This document shows, in pieces, positions 51,701 to 63,600 of a DNA stretch of 64,000 bases (position 1 is its first letter; each line of letters starts with the position of its first letter). The stretch comes from Octopus bimaculoides (Eukaryota). Location: assembly GCF_001194135.2 (NCBI RefSeq), contig NC_068981.1, positions 39,014,724 through 39,078,723 of the forward strand. The letters are read 5' to 3'. Under the pieces are notes generated by a model, which saw nothing but the letters and a program-made list of their open reading frames with translations, had not been told where the DNA came from and ran no database searches. Both the position numbers and the translations under genes were made by a program.

Positions 51701-52416
51701 ATCTGGTTAATAATCCCATACGGGAACCGGGTTAAAACAAATATTATTAAAGAAATTCTAAATATAATCGAAATATTCATTAAAGACAATAAAAAATATT
51801 AAGATATCTTCTCTAGTATGAACTTATGGGTTGGTTACTCCACTACTAATAATGTTGGTAACATCATCTCATCCTTTGACAAGTTTAAATTGAACAAGTT
51901 CTACAATAATAAATAAAGCCACACTTCAAATAATAATAATAGTAATAATACAGACCAGCAAATATCTAACTGCACATGCAGAGACATAACTAAATCCAAA
52001 TTTAACAATAAATGTAATTTAGAGGATCTGGTATATCAATGTGTAGTTACTCCTAATGATTATAATAAAAAGAATAGACACAGTTTAAACACGATTTACA
52101 CCGGCTCAACCTCTAATAAAATCAAATCCCGAGTGGCTCAACATATGCACTCTTTTAAGAATAGCAACTTAATTAATTCCACTGGCCTTAGCAAATACAC
52201 ATAGGACCTTAAATCGAAAGGAATAAAATACAGTTTAAAAGGGAAATAGTTTGTAAGGCTAAATCTTACCGAACAGGCAGTAAATTCTGCTCCTTATGCA
52301 CTAACGAGTTTAAGGAGATACTATTCACTAATAATAAAAAATTAATAAACTCCTATGATGAACGAAAAATTAAATGCAGACATAAACTCAACTTTTTATA
52401 TAATAACTTTAGATAA
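51701..52416 (+). pseudogene. PLE RT-thumb/Cys-linker/GIY-YIG endonuclease remnant
   Basis: IWLIIPYGNRVKTNI..VGYSTTNNVGNIISS..NCTCRD..KCNLEDLVYQCVV..IYTGSTSNKIKSRVAQH..NSTGLSKY..CSLCTNEFKEI..KCRHK. Three internal stops and one frameshift, which is why it is absent from the ORF track. Confidence 0.88.
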
Positions 52417-55400
52417 TTGTTCACACAACTCTATGGTAATATCTGCTTAGTTATGACCTCATAACAGGGTATAAGTTCAGGTAGTGAGTTGCGATAGCTT
52501 TGTGTTTATACTCTGCTAAAAGATATACACTAACCTTAGTCTTATTATACTTATTGTTATGAACCCTCAGCAGTAACTAGTCTTGCTAATACGTAGGTCT
52601 TGATTACACGTGGTTCGAGATAATATTAACTTTCTACTTGGATACGCCTTACAAGTCCACCGTAATACTACCTTCCTTCATTTTTGTCATTTTTAGTTCT
52701 GGTATATTTTATGTACCTTAATCACTTCTACATGTTTGCTTCCATCAGTTATTTCACTATTTTTTTCTTTTACTCTTTTACATAACAGCATAATAGTGTT
52801 TGATTCCAGGTCTACGCACTTACCTTATCATCATTTCTTCCTAGTTGCACCATGGTGGTTCTTCTCTAAATTCTTAAAATGTTTTTCAATATACAACTCA
52901 AGTCAGACCTGTCACAACTTCGTTTTGGTGGTATACATATTTTTAATGATATGTCCATAGTCTATTCATTGGTTTGTGTTTTGTGTTTGCTGATTGGCTG
53001 TTATTTCACTGCATTATCACTTGTTATTTCTTGTTGCATGTTTTTTTTTAATATTTCTTGTATTTGTTGATTAAATAGATGTACTTCAGTTTTGAATTTA
53101 TCTGTTATTCTCCTGAAGACTGTTTCTATCAAATTTTGGGTATGTCTTTTTTCGATGGAGTTTGCCATACTGTGTTTGTAGACTGTGTGTAAATATTGTG
53201 TTTTGATAAGGAGTGAATAATTTTAATGACTTGTTTGTATCTAACATATTTATTTAGGGAGAAATTTCTGATATTGGAAATGGTATCTCCTAGTTGATTG
53301 ATTTTGGCATAGGTTGTAGAATGTGTCTGTTAACTAATTAAAATTATTTGTTTGTTAATTTATTGGGGCATCAGTTTTTTTAACCATTAGGCTTTGGACA
53401 TGTTTGATTAAGTGCTTGCATGTATGAGCGATCAGGGCTCGCTTTCTACTTTATTTTGTATATGTTTCATATTCTTGTTTATGTGTGTGCCTGCAATATT
53501 TAAGTGGTTTTGATTAAAATATTTGGAATTTCAGTTGGGTTATTATAAACAGTTATATATGGATGAGGTTTGGTGTGTTGTCTGTTAAACTAATTTAATA
53601 TTGTTGTTTAATTCATTGACTGTTATATGTTGTTTGAAGAATAGGTCTCTAAATGTGTGTGTATGTATGTATCTGTGAGCATGTGCATGACTGTGTGTGT
53701 TTGTATGTTGTGGCCAACACTTCTTTCTTATCCTATGTGTTATTCCATATGTGGGATTCCATATTCTGATAAAACTTTTTCATTTATGTTTGCATTAGTC
53801 TTTTGTATCGCATGTTTGCAATAGGTCAGCTATTTGTGGTTCAATACATATGGACGTAACTTTTTTTCATGTTTGTGTGAGTTAGACTTGGTACTTGTCT
53901 TAAGCTGTATGTAGTTTAGATCGTTTTGTTTTGAAAGATGAATTTATTTCGGTAACCACAGTGTGATGATATCTCATTTTTGTATAGTGTGTGTGTGTTT
54001 GTGTGATTATATGGTTAGGGAACAAATTTAATTCAGAACCATTCATGTTTAATGGTGTGCAGTTTGTATGTATGTATTTGTGTGTGTGTGTGTGTATGTA
54101 TGTATTTAAAACAATGATAGGTAAAGTGTTTGTTTTCTACTAATTCTGAGAAAATATAATAGAATAAAATTAAATGATCTTGTCTGAAATGTTTGTTTTC
54201 TTGGAAGCTATTCAGTACATTTGAATTTGCTCAAATTTATTTTCATTGACTAACTGTCCTTTGTAATAGAGACAAAGAAAAAATAATTCTTTTCATGTTT
54301 ATATAATACTGTTCTTTTAAATCTACAGTCCTTTTTGTTTGTTTGCTTATAATTGTCACAATCATCATAACTGCAATCATTATTAACAGCATCATCCTTA
54401 AAGTTATAGTATAATTAAACTATTTATACACATCAAGTCAAGCTAAGTGATTGTAATAAGAACACTTTTATCAAATATATTTCTGACATGTACTCTTACA
54501 AATTTTAACTCATTGTAATGGTTTTATGAAGTATTTTCTACTTCTTAGAAATTAATTTCAAATTAATTTTACCATTTTACTAAAACAAATGGTAAAGAAA
54601 CATTTATTTATTTATTTATTTTTCCTAATAAAAAAAAAAAAAAAGAAGACAAGATTAATTAAATTGTTTTCAGACAAAATTGATGTAATTTTTTCTCCGG
54701 CAATATTTTAAAATAGCATTTGAAATCTATTTCTTACTAAAACAACTGCCTACAATTTTCATCAACGTCTTCAATTAATATGCTTTCGACTGATTATTCA
54801 GATTTAATTTCAATGTATTTTATTTTTTTTTTTTTTCATCAATTTAGCCAAAACATTCTGTAAAATGATTGTGAAGTGGTTGATTATTCAGTTCTTCACA
54901 TTCAAATTGAGACTGTCAATTAGGTCATGATACTTTAGGTCAGTTTTGAAAGTACTTTAGGTTTTAGTTTATTCTAGCAATCATTACTATATCCATGCTG
55001 AGGCACATAAATGAAAAATACAAACTGCTAATCAAGCTAAAATAACAAGTTAACTAAAGCCATTACTTCTCTCCTCAAGACATTGAGACATTACCTTGGT
55101 TAATATGGCTTTATCTCTACCGGGTTATTATAGTCTAAATATGCATTAAACAATCCCAGAATTACTGTTTCCCTCAACTGCCAATAGAATTTTCTGTTTC
55201 ACCAATTGAACATTTTATTTCTATCTGTATAGTAGACAGATCAATAATAGCTAAGCATTAGGCCTGCAAGGAGTTATACAAAATTTTAAAAAGTGAATAG
55301 AAAGAATTGATACGAAGAAACTTAGTGGGGAGCAAAATATTAGGTTATCCAGCCAGAAGAGAAGCTGAGAGTAGGATGTGTGGAAATGTTCCAGTCTGTG

Positions 55401-55928
55401 ATGATGAGAAGCATGAACTGTTCTGAATCACAAAGCAGTGTGTTTGTATGAATCAAAATGTCACAGGAGAGAAGTGAGAAAATACTGATGCACTTGCCTG
55501 AGGTAAAAATGAAAATAAGGAAGCATGGAAATGTTATTATGAAAGGTTGTTACATGTGGAATATTTTATTTACTTATGCTAGTTAACCAGCTAGTACAGC
55601 AAAGTGTTATATTCAGTGGCTGACATATCAATATCTTTGCAAACTGCTACAAGACAAACTGAGATGAAAAATATAAAATTAATTTCTCTAAAAAGAAATA
55701 CAAAACTATAAATGTAAGACGAGAGAATAATAATAATAATGATGATGTTCATATTAGTTATTCAAAATAATACTAAATATTTATGTTAACTAATTCAACC
55801 CATTGTGAAACAGTATATAATATTAATGATGATGATGGACTTAAAGTATATACATATGTGGGTGTGAGTGTGCGAGTGTTTATGTATATATGTATACATG
55901 TACATACACACATACACATATATATATA

Positions 55929-57172
55929 TTGGGTTGGCAACTAAGTTCCCGCCGTTTTTTTTAAATTTTGGAATTCATTGCATTTTTAAGTTTTGAGATC
56001 TATTTTTTTCGAGAATTCTATTTTGGAATCTATTTTGTTGTTTTTGTTTCTAGTTAATTTTAGTTAATTTTTGTTTATTTTCAGATCATTAAAATGGAAT
56101 GTCAAGTTAAGAAAAACGAGCATTTTCGACACCTCCTTCTTTTTGCTTTTAATCAAGGTTCTAAGGCAGCAAAAGCTTCTCATGACATTTGTGCTGTATA
56201 TGGAGAGGGTGCCATAGCTGAAAGAACTGCTTGTGATTGGTATGCCAAGTTCAAAATGGAAATTTTGACTTCAAAAATGCATCTTGTTCTGTCCGTCTGA
56301 CAAGGGAACTGGCAGAGAAAATGGAATACTCCCACACTGCTATAGAGAAGCATCTTCACTCGATGGAAAAGGTTCAGAAGTATGGAGCATGGGTTCTGCA
56401 TGCTTTAAGTGGCAACAACAAAAATCAACAAGCCACAATCTCCATTGGTTTGCTTGCTCGTCACCACTCAACTCACGGACACAAACAACAATTTCTTTAC
56501 TGAATCATTACTAGCGACGAAAAATGGTGCCTGTACATCAATATGAAGCAGCTTATGGAATGGCTTAGCCCCAGTAAAAAAGCAACACTGCACATGAAAG
56601 AAGATCTTCATCCATGTAAAATGATGTTGTTCATATAGTGCGACTGGGAAAGGATTATTCATTACGAATTTCTTGAACGGAACCAAGCAGTCAATGTGAA
56701 ACTCTAAGTTCAACATGTGGAATGACTCAACATGGCTAATCAAGAGAAAAGACCTAATCGGCAGCATGGAGTTCTTCTGCTGCGCAACAATGCCCGCCCT
56801 CATATCATCAATATGACTAATGAAGCCATTCAAACACATGGCTGGGAAGTGCTGCCACACCCGTCGTACTCTCTTGATTTGGTACCAACGGATTGCCACC
56901 TTTTTTGATCTCTTTCAAATGCTATGCTTAGAGTTTGTGATGCAGAATTGAGAGCTTGGTTGGAGCTGATGCAGAATTGAGGGCTTGGTTGGATCAATTT
57001 TTCGAGTCAAAATCAGGTGATTTCTACCAACGAGGTATTGAAATCTTGTTTAAGTTGGGAAGAAGTTATAAACAAGGGTGAATACATTATTGATTAATTA
57101 GTTGTTATTTTTTATTAAACCTTTTAAAAAGTTTAAATTTTAAAAACGGCGAGAACTTAGTTGCCAACCCAA
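55929..57172 (+). mobile_element. near full-length decayed mariner (mellifera-like) with both TIRs and TA TSDs
   Basis: TIR ttgggttggcaactaagttcccgccgtttt / aaaacggcgagaacttagttgccaacccaa. MECQVKKNEHFRHLLLFAFNQG.., WVLHAL, ITSDEKW, NNARPH, YSLDLVPTDCHLF. Confidence 0.93.
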
Positions 57173-57614
57173 TATATGTACATATTTATCATATATACAT
57201 ACATGCACCCTCACACACACACATATAAATATTTAGATAAATATAGATATACATACATACATACATGCATACATATACATACATGTCTGTGTGTGTGGCT
57301 GGTTGAAGCTCTGCTGTCCAATGATATGGATTTTAGTTTTTTGATCAACTGAAGGACCAGCTCTTGAAGTTATGTCATGGGAGCATGTACCCATTTACTC
57401 ATTATTCACAGGTAGAATGAGTATGATATGATGTGAGACATGGCTGTACATTTCAATTAGAGCTACAATCCATATAACATGTATATAATTGAAAAAAATG
57501 AAACTTGAAATTTGCCAGCAAATTGTGATCCTGAAACACATCTAGTAGGATGGGAATGAGCTGTCCAGCAAATGCCAGCATAGAAATAGAGAGTGGATGC
57601 AAAGCAATGATAAT

Positions 57615-57800
57615 GAGTGGTTGGCGTTAGGAAGGGCATCCAGCTGTAGAAACTCTGCCAAATCAGACTGGAGCCTGGTGTTGCCATCCGGTTTCACCAG
57701 TCCTCAGTCAAATCGTCCAACCCATGCTAGCATGGAAAGCGGACGTTAAACGATGATGATGATGATGATGATGATTATGATAATAATAATGATGATGATG
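57615..57800 (+). mobile_element. young RTE-tailed short repeat
   Basis: gagtggttggcgttaggaagggcatccagctgtagaaac...aacccatgctagcatggaaagcggacgttaaacgatgatgatg. Confidence 0.9.
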
Positions 57801-58419
57801 ATATATATCATAAGCATACACTCACACATACATATATATATATATACACATGTGTACACACACATGCACACACACATATACAAACATGCATATGCATATA
57901 TTGAAAAGGTTAAGAGGTTTCACACAAGTAAATTTTAAAAGTGGGGACAAAATATTAGGTTATCCAGCCAGAAGAGAAGCTGAGAGTAGGATGTGTGGAA
58001 ATGTTTCAGTCTGTGATGATGAGAAGCATGAACTGTTCTGAATCACAAAGCAGTGTGTTTGTATGAATCAAAATGTCACAGGAGAGAAGTGAGAAAATAC
58101 TGATGCACTTGCCTGAGGTAAAAATGAAAATAAAGAAGCATGGAATAAAAAGAGGAAAACATCTACCACTTTTTCAAAATAGGCAGCCCGTTTCCATTAC
58201 TGAAGCCAATAAGAAAAGGAAAAATAAACTGAATAAATTAATTTTTGAAGATAGCAGCTTTGAAAGAGCACATGACTGCTTATTACAAAATTCACATGTT
58301 AGCACTTGTTGGTCTCCTACCAATGGGCACTTGATCATAATTGTAGTAGTATCAGTTTTAGAAGTGGCAGTTTTGCTGTTCTTTATTAGCAATATTGATA
58401 TTCATGAGTAGTTCATAGT

Positions 58420-58730
58420 GATGAGGGTTGTTGTACAGTGGTAGTGGTGGCAGTAGCAATACCAGCAGCATCTAGTGATAGCAGAATCAGCAGTTGTATC
58501 AGCCTCACTAGTAGAAGCAGTAATAGCAGCTGTAGCAGCTTATGCATTAGGTGTAGTAGTGGTGGTTGAAATAATAGAAGCCAGAGATGTAATAAGAATG
58601 CTGTAGCAGGAGTGAAAGTAGTAACTATAGCAGCAATAGTAGTTACAGCAGCAATAGTAGTTACAGCAGCAAAGTAGTAGTATCTGTAATGGTAGTGTCA
58701 GCAGCTGTAGTTTTAGTAGTAGTGACTTTT
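58420..58730. repeat. degenerate (AGT/AGC)n low-complexity tract
   Basis: gtagcagcagtagta-type runs, including a 21-bp tandem cagcaatagtagttacagcag. Confidence 0.7.
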
Positions 58731-59539
58731 CTCCTGTAATTGTTAAGTGGTCGGTATTTCATTTTGAATGTTGTTCCTTTGCTGAAGTTAAGTAAATTGT
58801 TATAAGGGAAGATCATAGAACTTGGTTGTTTCTTATCAGGACATAATTGGATTCAAATTTGTAATCAATGCAGAGTCATGAATTGTCTGAAGGACACCCT
58901 GATTTGCCCTATATACTTTTCTCTACATTCTGTTATTGCATAAATTGGGTTTTCAGATGCACAGATGAAAATATCATTTATTTTTGAGAGCTGTCTCTAT
59001 AAATCTGATTTCACATTCCTTCTGACTGATTTATACATATCTCATGTGTGTGTATAAAATATAGTGCAAGGAGATGGAATGAACAGGCTGTAATCCAAAT
59101 CACAACAAATGTTTCTGCACATTAGCATCAGCTGATAATTACTGAGTGTTGCACATATTATACATATTACTATATAAATATGATTCAGTGATAGCTGTGT
59201 ACTTGCACATCATCAGGTGAGTTGCTTTGAGATTTTCACATGTATATCCAGTAAAAGAAGTATTCTAGCTATTTGATAGCATATGATCACTAATAACTGC
59301 AAAGTAGCTTTGGAATGTTATTACCAGGATGATATTAAGTTATACATAAATCATCGTTTAATATCTGTCTTTCCTGTTGCCATGGTTTGATGGAATCTAA
59401 TGAACTGGAGGACTGTGTCAAACTCCAGTGTCATTGTTGGATGGATGTTAGTAAGATGAGAAATGAACAAAACTTGATGGGGATAATTTGGGTGCAAGGG
59501 CAGGATTCAGTGTGTGAATAGACATGAACCTAATGCTGT

Positions 59540-59790
59540 TAGAAGCTTCCTTTTGTTCTGATGGATGGGTTTTGTTGAGTACAACAAAATGCCAAATGTC
59601 TCAATTCCTTTTTCATCTCCACCAAGAAGTGTACCAATTTAAGATCAGCCTTTGGAGCATGACTTTTTGGGTCTCCCTCTTCTACAAGTTACATCAACTT
59701 TAAGCGATTGACACTTCTTTAAACAGTTGTCATCATCCAAGAACACCACATGATTGTACTAATACAATCTTCTTGGACATGGAAACAATT
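59540..59790 (-). mobile_element. old RTE C-terminal fragment
   Basis: Minus-strand peptide HVVFLDDDNCLKKCQSLKVDVTCRRGRPKK parallels the RTE C-terminus at 6650-6720. Confidence 0.6.
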
Positions 59791-59886
59791 GTATATTCTA
59801 TGAGTTTGACGTTGCTTGAAATGAATTTGTTTCAACAAATTGATGCCTGTATATCAATTTCTTCATTTTCTTCTTTATCTTATATG

Positions 59887-60410
59887 CAGGGTTATTGACA
59901 AAGAATGAATCAATTTCATTATGCAATATTTTAATAAGGAAAAGTAATAGAAAACTCCAGCTAAGTCACAAGTATTTACACACAATCAACTCTTACAAGT
60001 GTTCAATGTGGCCACCACCTACAGCATGAGCAATATCAATGCGAAAAGAGAATTCCTCCCAGACGCATATCAGTATATCACGATCCACTGAGTACTTCTT
60101 TTGCTGTCTGGTTGAATGCTTTATCAATGGTTTTCCATTTCTCTTCTATGTCAATATCTTCTGGAATCGCCTCAAGCAAAGCAAATTTACTCTTTAGTTC
60201 CATAATGAACTTCCTTTTGATATGCTGATACGCGTCTGGGAGGAATTCTCTTATCACATACTGCAGGTGGTGGCCGCATTGAACACTTGTAAGACAAGAA
60301 ATAAAAGTTGATTGTGAGTAAATCCTTGTGACTTAGCTAGAGTTTTCTATTGCTTTTCCTTATTAAAATATTGTGTAAAGAAATTAGTTCATTCTTTTTG
60401 AATAACCCTG
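59887..60410. mobile_element. fold-back Tc1/mariner derivative with about 190-bp inverted arms
   Basis: CAGGGTTATT termini at both ends. Arms about 59887-60078 / 60218-60410 pair; each ends internally in a transposase C-terminus (D.L.RVWEEFS.RIDIAHA.GGGHIEHL*). Confidence 0.88.
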
Positions 60411-60707
60411 TTTATATATAATCATTTCATCAGTATCACAGTACTTTTCTGATGCAGTGTTTTCTACAGATGGATACCCTCTTTGATTCGAACTTTCACC
60501 TGATTTCAAGGAAGGTAATAAATCCCACCAGTCTATCATGAGCATGCTTTCATGTATGACTAGAAATAAATGACATCATGTATGAATGATGTGAGATTTT
60601 GTTTACAATCAGCAACACATGTGAAGATGAAAGGAAATATGAATTCCAACACATATAACTCCCCATCCACGCAGATATATACACATACAAAATCATGCAC
60701 ATATATA

Positions 60708-61587
60708 CGAGGTGATAGCAAAAAGTTTCCAGACTCGTTCTGTAGTGCTCCAGCACATGACAGCACATGGTTGCATGTGCATGAGAGCTAGCAGTGACCT
60801 TCATGAGGTGGTGTGTTGAGTGACATTGCTGTGCTTACTTCGTAAGTTGTGAAATTAGTGTTTTTGTGATCACATGTATGCTGTAGTCTACGACTTTGTC
60901 GTGGACAGGAACAAAGAGCCAACATAAAATTTTGTGTTAAACTTGGGAAGTTTACTACTGAGACATTGAGCATGCTTCAGCAACCTTACAGCGATGAGAT
61001 AATGGGATGTACACAATGTTTCAAGTAGCATGGACACTTCAAAATTGGAAGAACGTCCTTAGAAGATGATGAGCAATCTGGAAGACCTGCCACAAGCGTC
61101 TGCCCTGAAAATGTGGTATTGTGCATTGAGAATATGTCCACCAGGGCCAGACCAGTAATTAAGAGTTCTACCGCGATGTTTTGAAGCATTCGAGGGAGAA
61201 AATTTGGCAAAAGCAACCGGATCTGTGGGGCATGAATTGAATATTTCACAAAGCTTTTCTCACCAAAAACTGCATGGTATCGCTTCTGTACCTACCCTAT
61301 TCTCCAGATTTAGCACCTGTGAACTTCCATCCCTCTCTAAGATGAAAATGCAGCTCAAAGGTCTCCATTTTAATACCATTGTTGAGATCAAGAATGATTC
61401 ACAGAAGGTCCTCAATTCTCTTATGGAAAATGACTTCCAGGCTAGATTCCAAAAGTGGCAGGAACGCTGGAACAGGTGTATTGCTGTGCATGGTGATTAT
61501 TTCAAAGGAGATGATGTTGAAATTTAAGCAAATAAGTTATTTTTTTATTAAACATAACTAGTATGGGAACCTTTTGATACCACTTCG
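60708..61587 (+). mobile_element. internally deleted mariner (irritans-like) with TIRs and TA TSDs
   Basis: TA-cgaggtgatagcaaaaagtttccagact / agtatgggaaccttttgataccacttcg-TA. EQRANIKFCVKLGK, SLEDDEQSGRP, YSPDLAP, FQKWQERWNRCIAVHGDYF. Confidence 0.9.
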
Positions 61588-63404
61588 TACATATATCCAA
61601 TAGGCTTCTTCAATTTTCGTCTGCCAAATTCATTAATCAAGTTACTATCCCTGAAGTGGTACCAAATCTGAAGGAAGAGAATACATAATAGATGGAAATA
61701 CCTTCACCAGCCGTCTAGCTATGGATTTTTATGGTTACAATGCAGTATGACTAATTTAATCTTAACTGCACACCTCATGGGAACATATAACAGACAGAAC
61801 AAACAAAAAATATTCTTCATCAACTCTCACTCAAAGAACTTTCATCATTTTAATGTCTTAGACAGTAACACAGCAACAGGCTGTCAACTGCCATCATGTA
61901 TGGCATTTTGGAACTGCTACAAACATAGAAAAATTAACAAATATATGATGATACCCTAGGGATTGGGTCAGAGAGAAAAAAAGAGCATGAAAAAACAAGA
62001 CTTGGCAACTAGGAGAGAAAAAGGTGTCTTTTATGATGAAATCAAAACAAAACAAAACTGCTGTACAAACAAATATGACTTTAAAACGAAAAGCAAATAA
62101 ACTATTAGGTGGATGGGCACTTCCTTTGAGAAAATAACAGAGTGGAGAGAAATTAGTGTGTTCATTTAGCTAACTGAAATTAGAAAGAAGGCTAGAGTAA
62201 GAGCAAGTAGTTGCAAAGTAGGAATGAGGAAGTACAAGCAGAAAGAGATTAGTGAGAGAGTAGCAAGAAAGAGACAGAGAGAGAGGAAGAGAGAAGGTGA
62301 GTGAGAGTAAGGTGACAACAATTTAAACAAAATAGCAGTATATAAGGAAATGAAATTGTATATATTGTTACCATTAATTCAAGAAATTAGTCTCAAAGAG
62401 AACACATAACAAATTGAACAAACAAGAAGTATTTCTCATCCACTGTTTCTTTAAGGATTTCCATGGTTATGATGCCTTAGATAGTACCATTCACTGAGTA
62501 TCATCAACAGCCATAGAATATGGTTGTAAAGGGTTAATACTGTAGAAACAAGGGTTAATACTATGGAAACAAGACACAAAAAGCAAAAATAATTGATAGT
62601 TAAGTTTTAGTGATGCACACAACTTCATTTTCTTGCGTATTCCTATGTTTAAATTGTTGTTTCTTTCATATTTTCTATATCTTTTACTTTCCCTCTTTGT
62701 TCCCTTCTCTAGTTTTACTATTTTGTCTCCCCATTTCCAGTTTGCAGCTTCTTGCTGTTTCCATTTAGGCTTGCTAGCTTTCTTTCTTATTTACAGTCAT
62801 TAAATGAAGAAACCTGTTTCTCTTGCTCAAAGACTAAATGTTTATTTGTTTTTCCTTACACCAGCCTATTACTTCCACTATTGTCATGTGTTGTGTTGTT
62901 TTATGTTTATCATAAAAGATCTATATCTGTATGTCACTTAAGTAGGTGATGAGCTATTTAGCTTTGTTTGGCAATCACCAAGAGCCAAAATTTAAGTAAA
63001 AAAAAAAATCACTAAAATAACTATTGGTGGTCAGCCTTATGCTGTACGTATGATGCAGGGATACACACATTTGTCTCGGCTATTTATACTCAATTGTGTC
63101 ATTTAGGTATAGCTTCAGGAAACTATACCTAATAGAAGACAGGGATGTTAACAAGTCCTGAAATTATCAAGTTCTACTATGAAACTTCTCTGTGTAGCAA
63201 TGCAAGGTTATGAACTTTGAGGTCTGTTTTAACTGTAGTCTTCAAATAAAAAGGAATACATAGAAAGTATCAGAAGAAACAAAAGTACTAACAGAGAGAT
63301 TAAGGAAATGATATTATCTGTATTATAGCATGCATCTATTGCACTTTAGCAAACACTATATACACTTTCATTGTGTACTCTATATCTATGTGAATAAAGG
63401 CAAC

Positions 63405-63600
63405 AAGCTGGCAGAAACATTAACATGCCAGGAGCGGTATTTCATCTGTCTTTACATTCTGAGTTCAAATTCTGCCTAGGTTGACTTTCCCTTTCATCCT
63501 TTTGGGGTCAATAAATTAAGTACCAGTTGCATACTGGGTCGATTTAATCGACTGCCCCCCCCCTCCCCAAAAATTTTGAGCCTTGTGTCTAGAGTAGAAA
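63405..63600 (+). mobile_element. SINE family B
   Basis: caagctggcagaaacattaac...ttctgagttcaaattctgcctaggttgactttccctttcatccttttggggtcaataaattaagtaccagttgcatactggg. Confidence 0.9.

Larger units (their letters stand above)
50858..52872 (+). mobile_element. 5'-truncated Penelope-like element (Neptune-type) with an inverted pLTR-like segment upstream
   Basis: 50858-50887 is the rc of 52843-52872 (29/30) and 51614-51651 is the rc of 52800-52837 (37/38). The ORF remnant lies between them and the left end abuts (TA)n. Confidence 0.85.
55324..58145 (+). repeat. 207-bp near-identical direct repeats (55324-55530, 57940-58145) bracketing 2.4 kb
   Basis: Only three differences seen (gagc/gac, ttcc/tttc, aagg/aaag). 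No gap is adjacent. Confidence 0.9.

Noticed and set aside
53105-53270. CTGAAGA at 53113 as a second PLE hammerhead
   Set aside because: No stem II closing onto GAAA and no UH site compatible with stem I.
63103-63132. 10-bp perfect stem with 10-nt loop (TTAGGTATAG/CTATACCTAA)
   Set aside because: A single short AT-rich hairpin is expected by chance in 64 kb; no miRNA-length arm.
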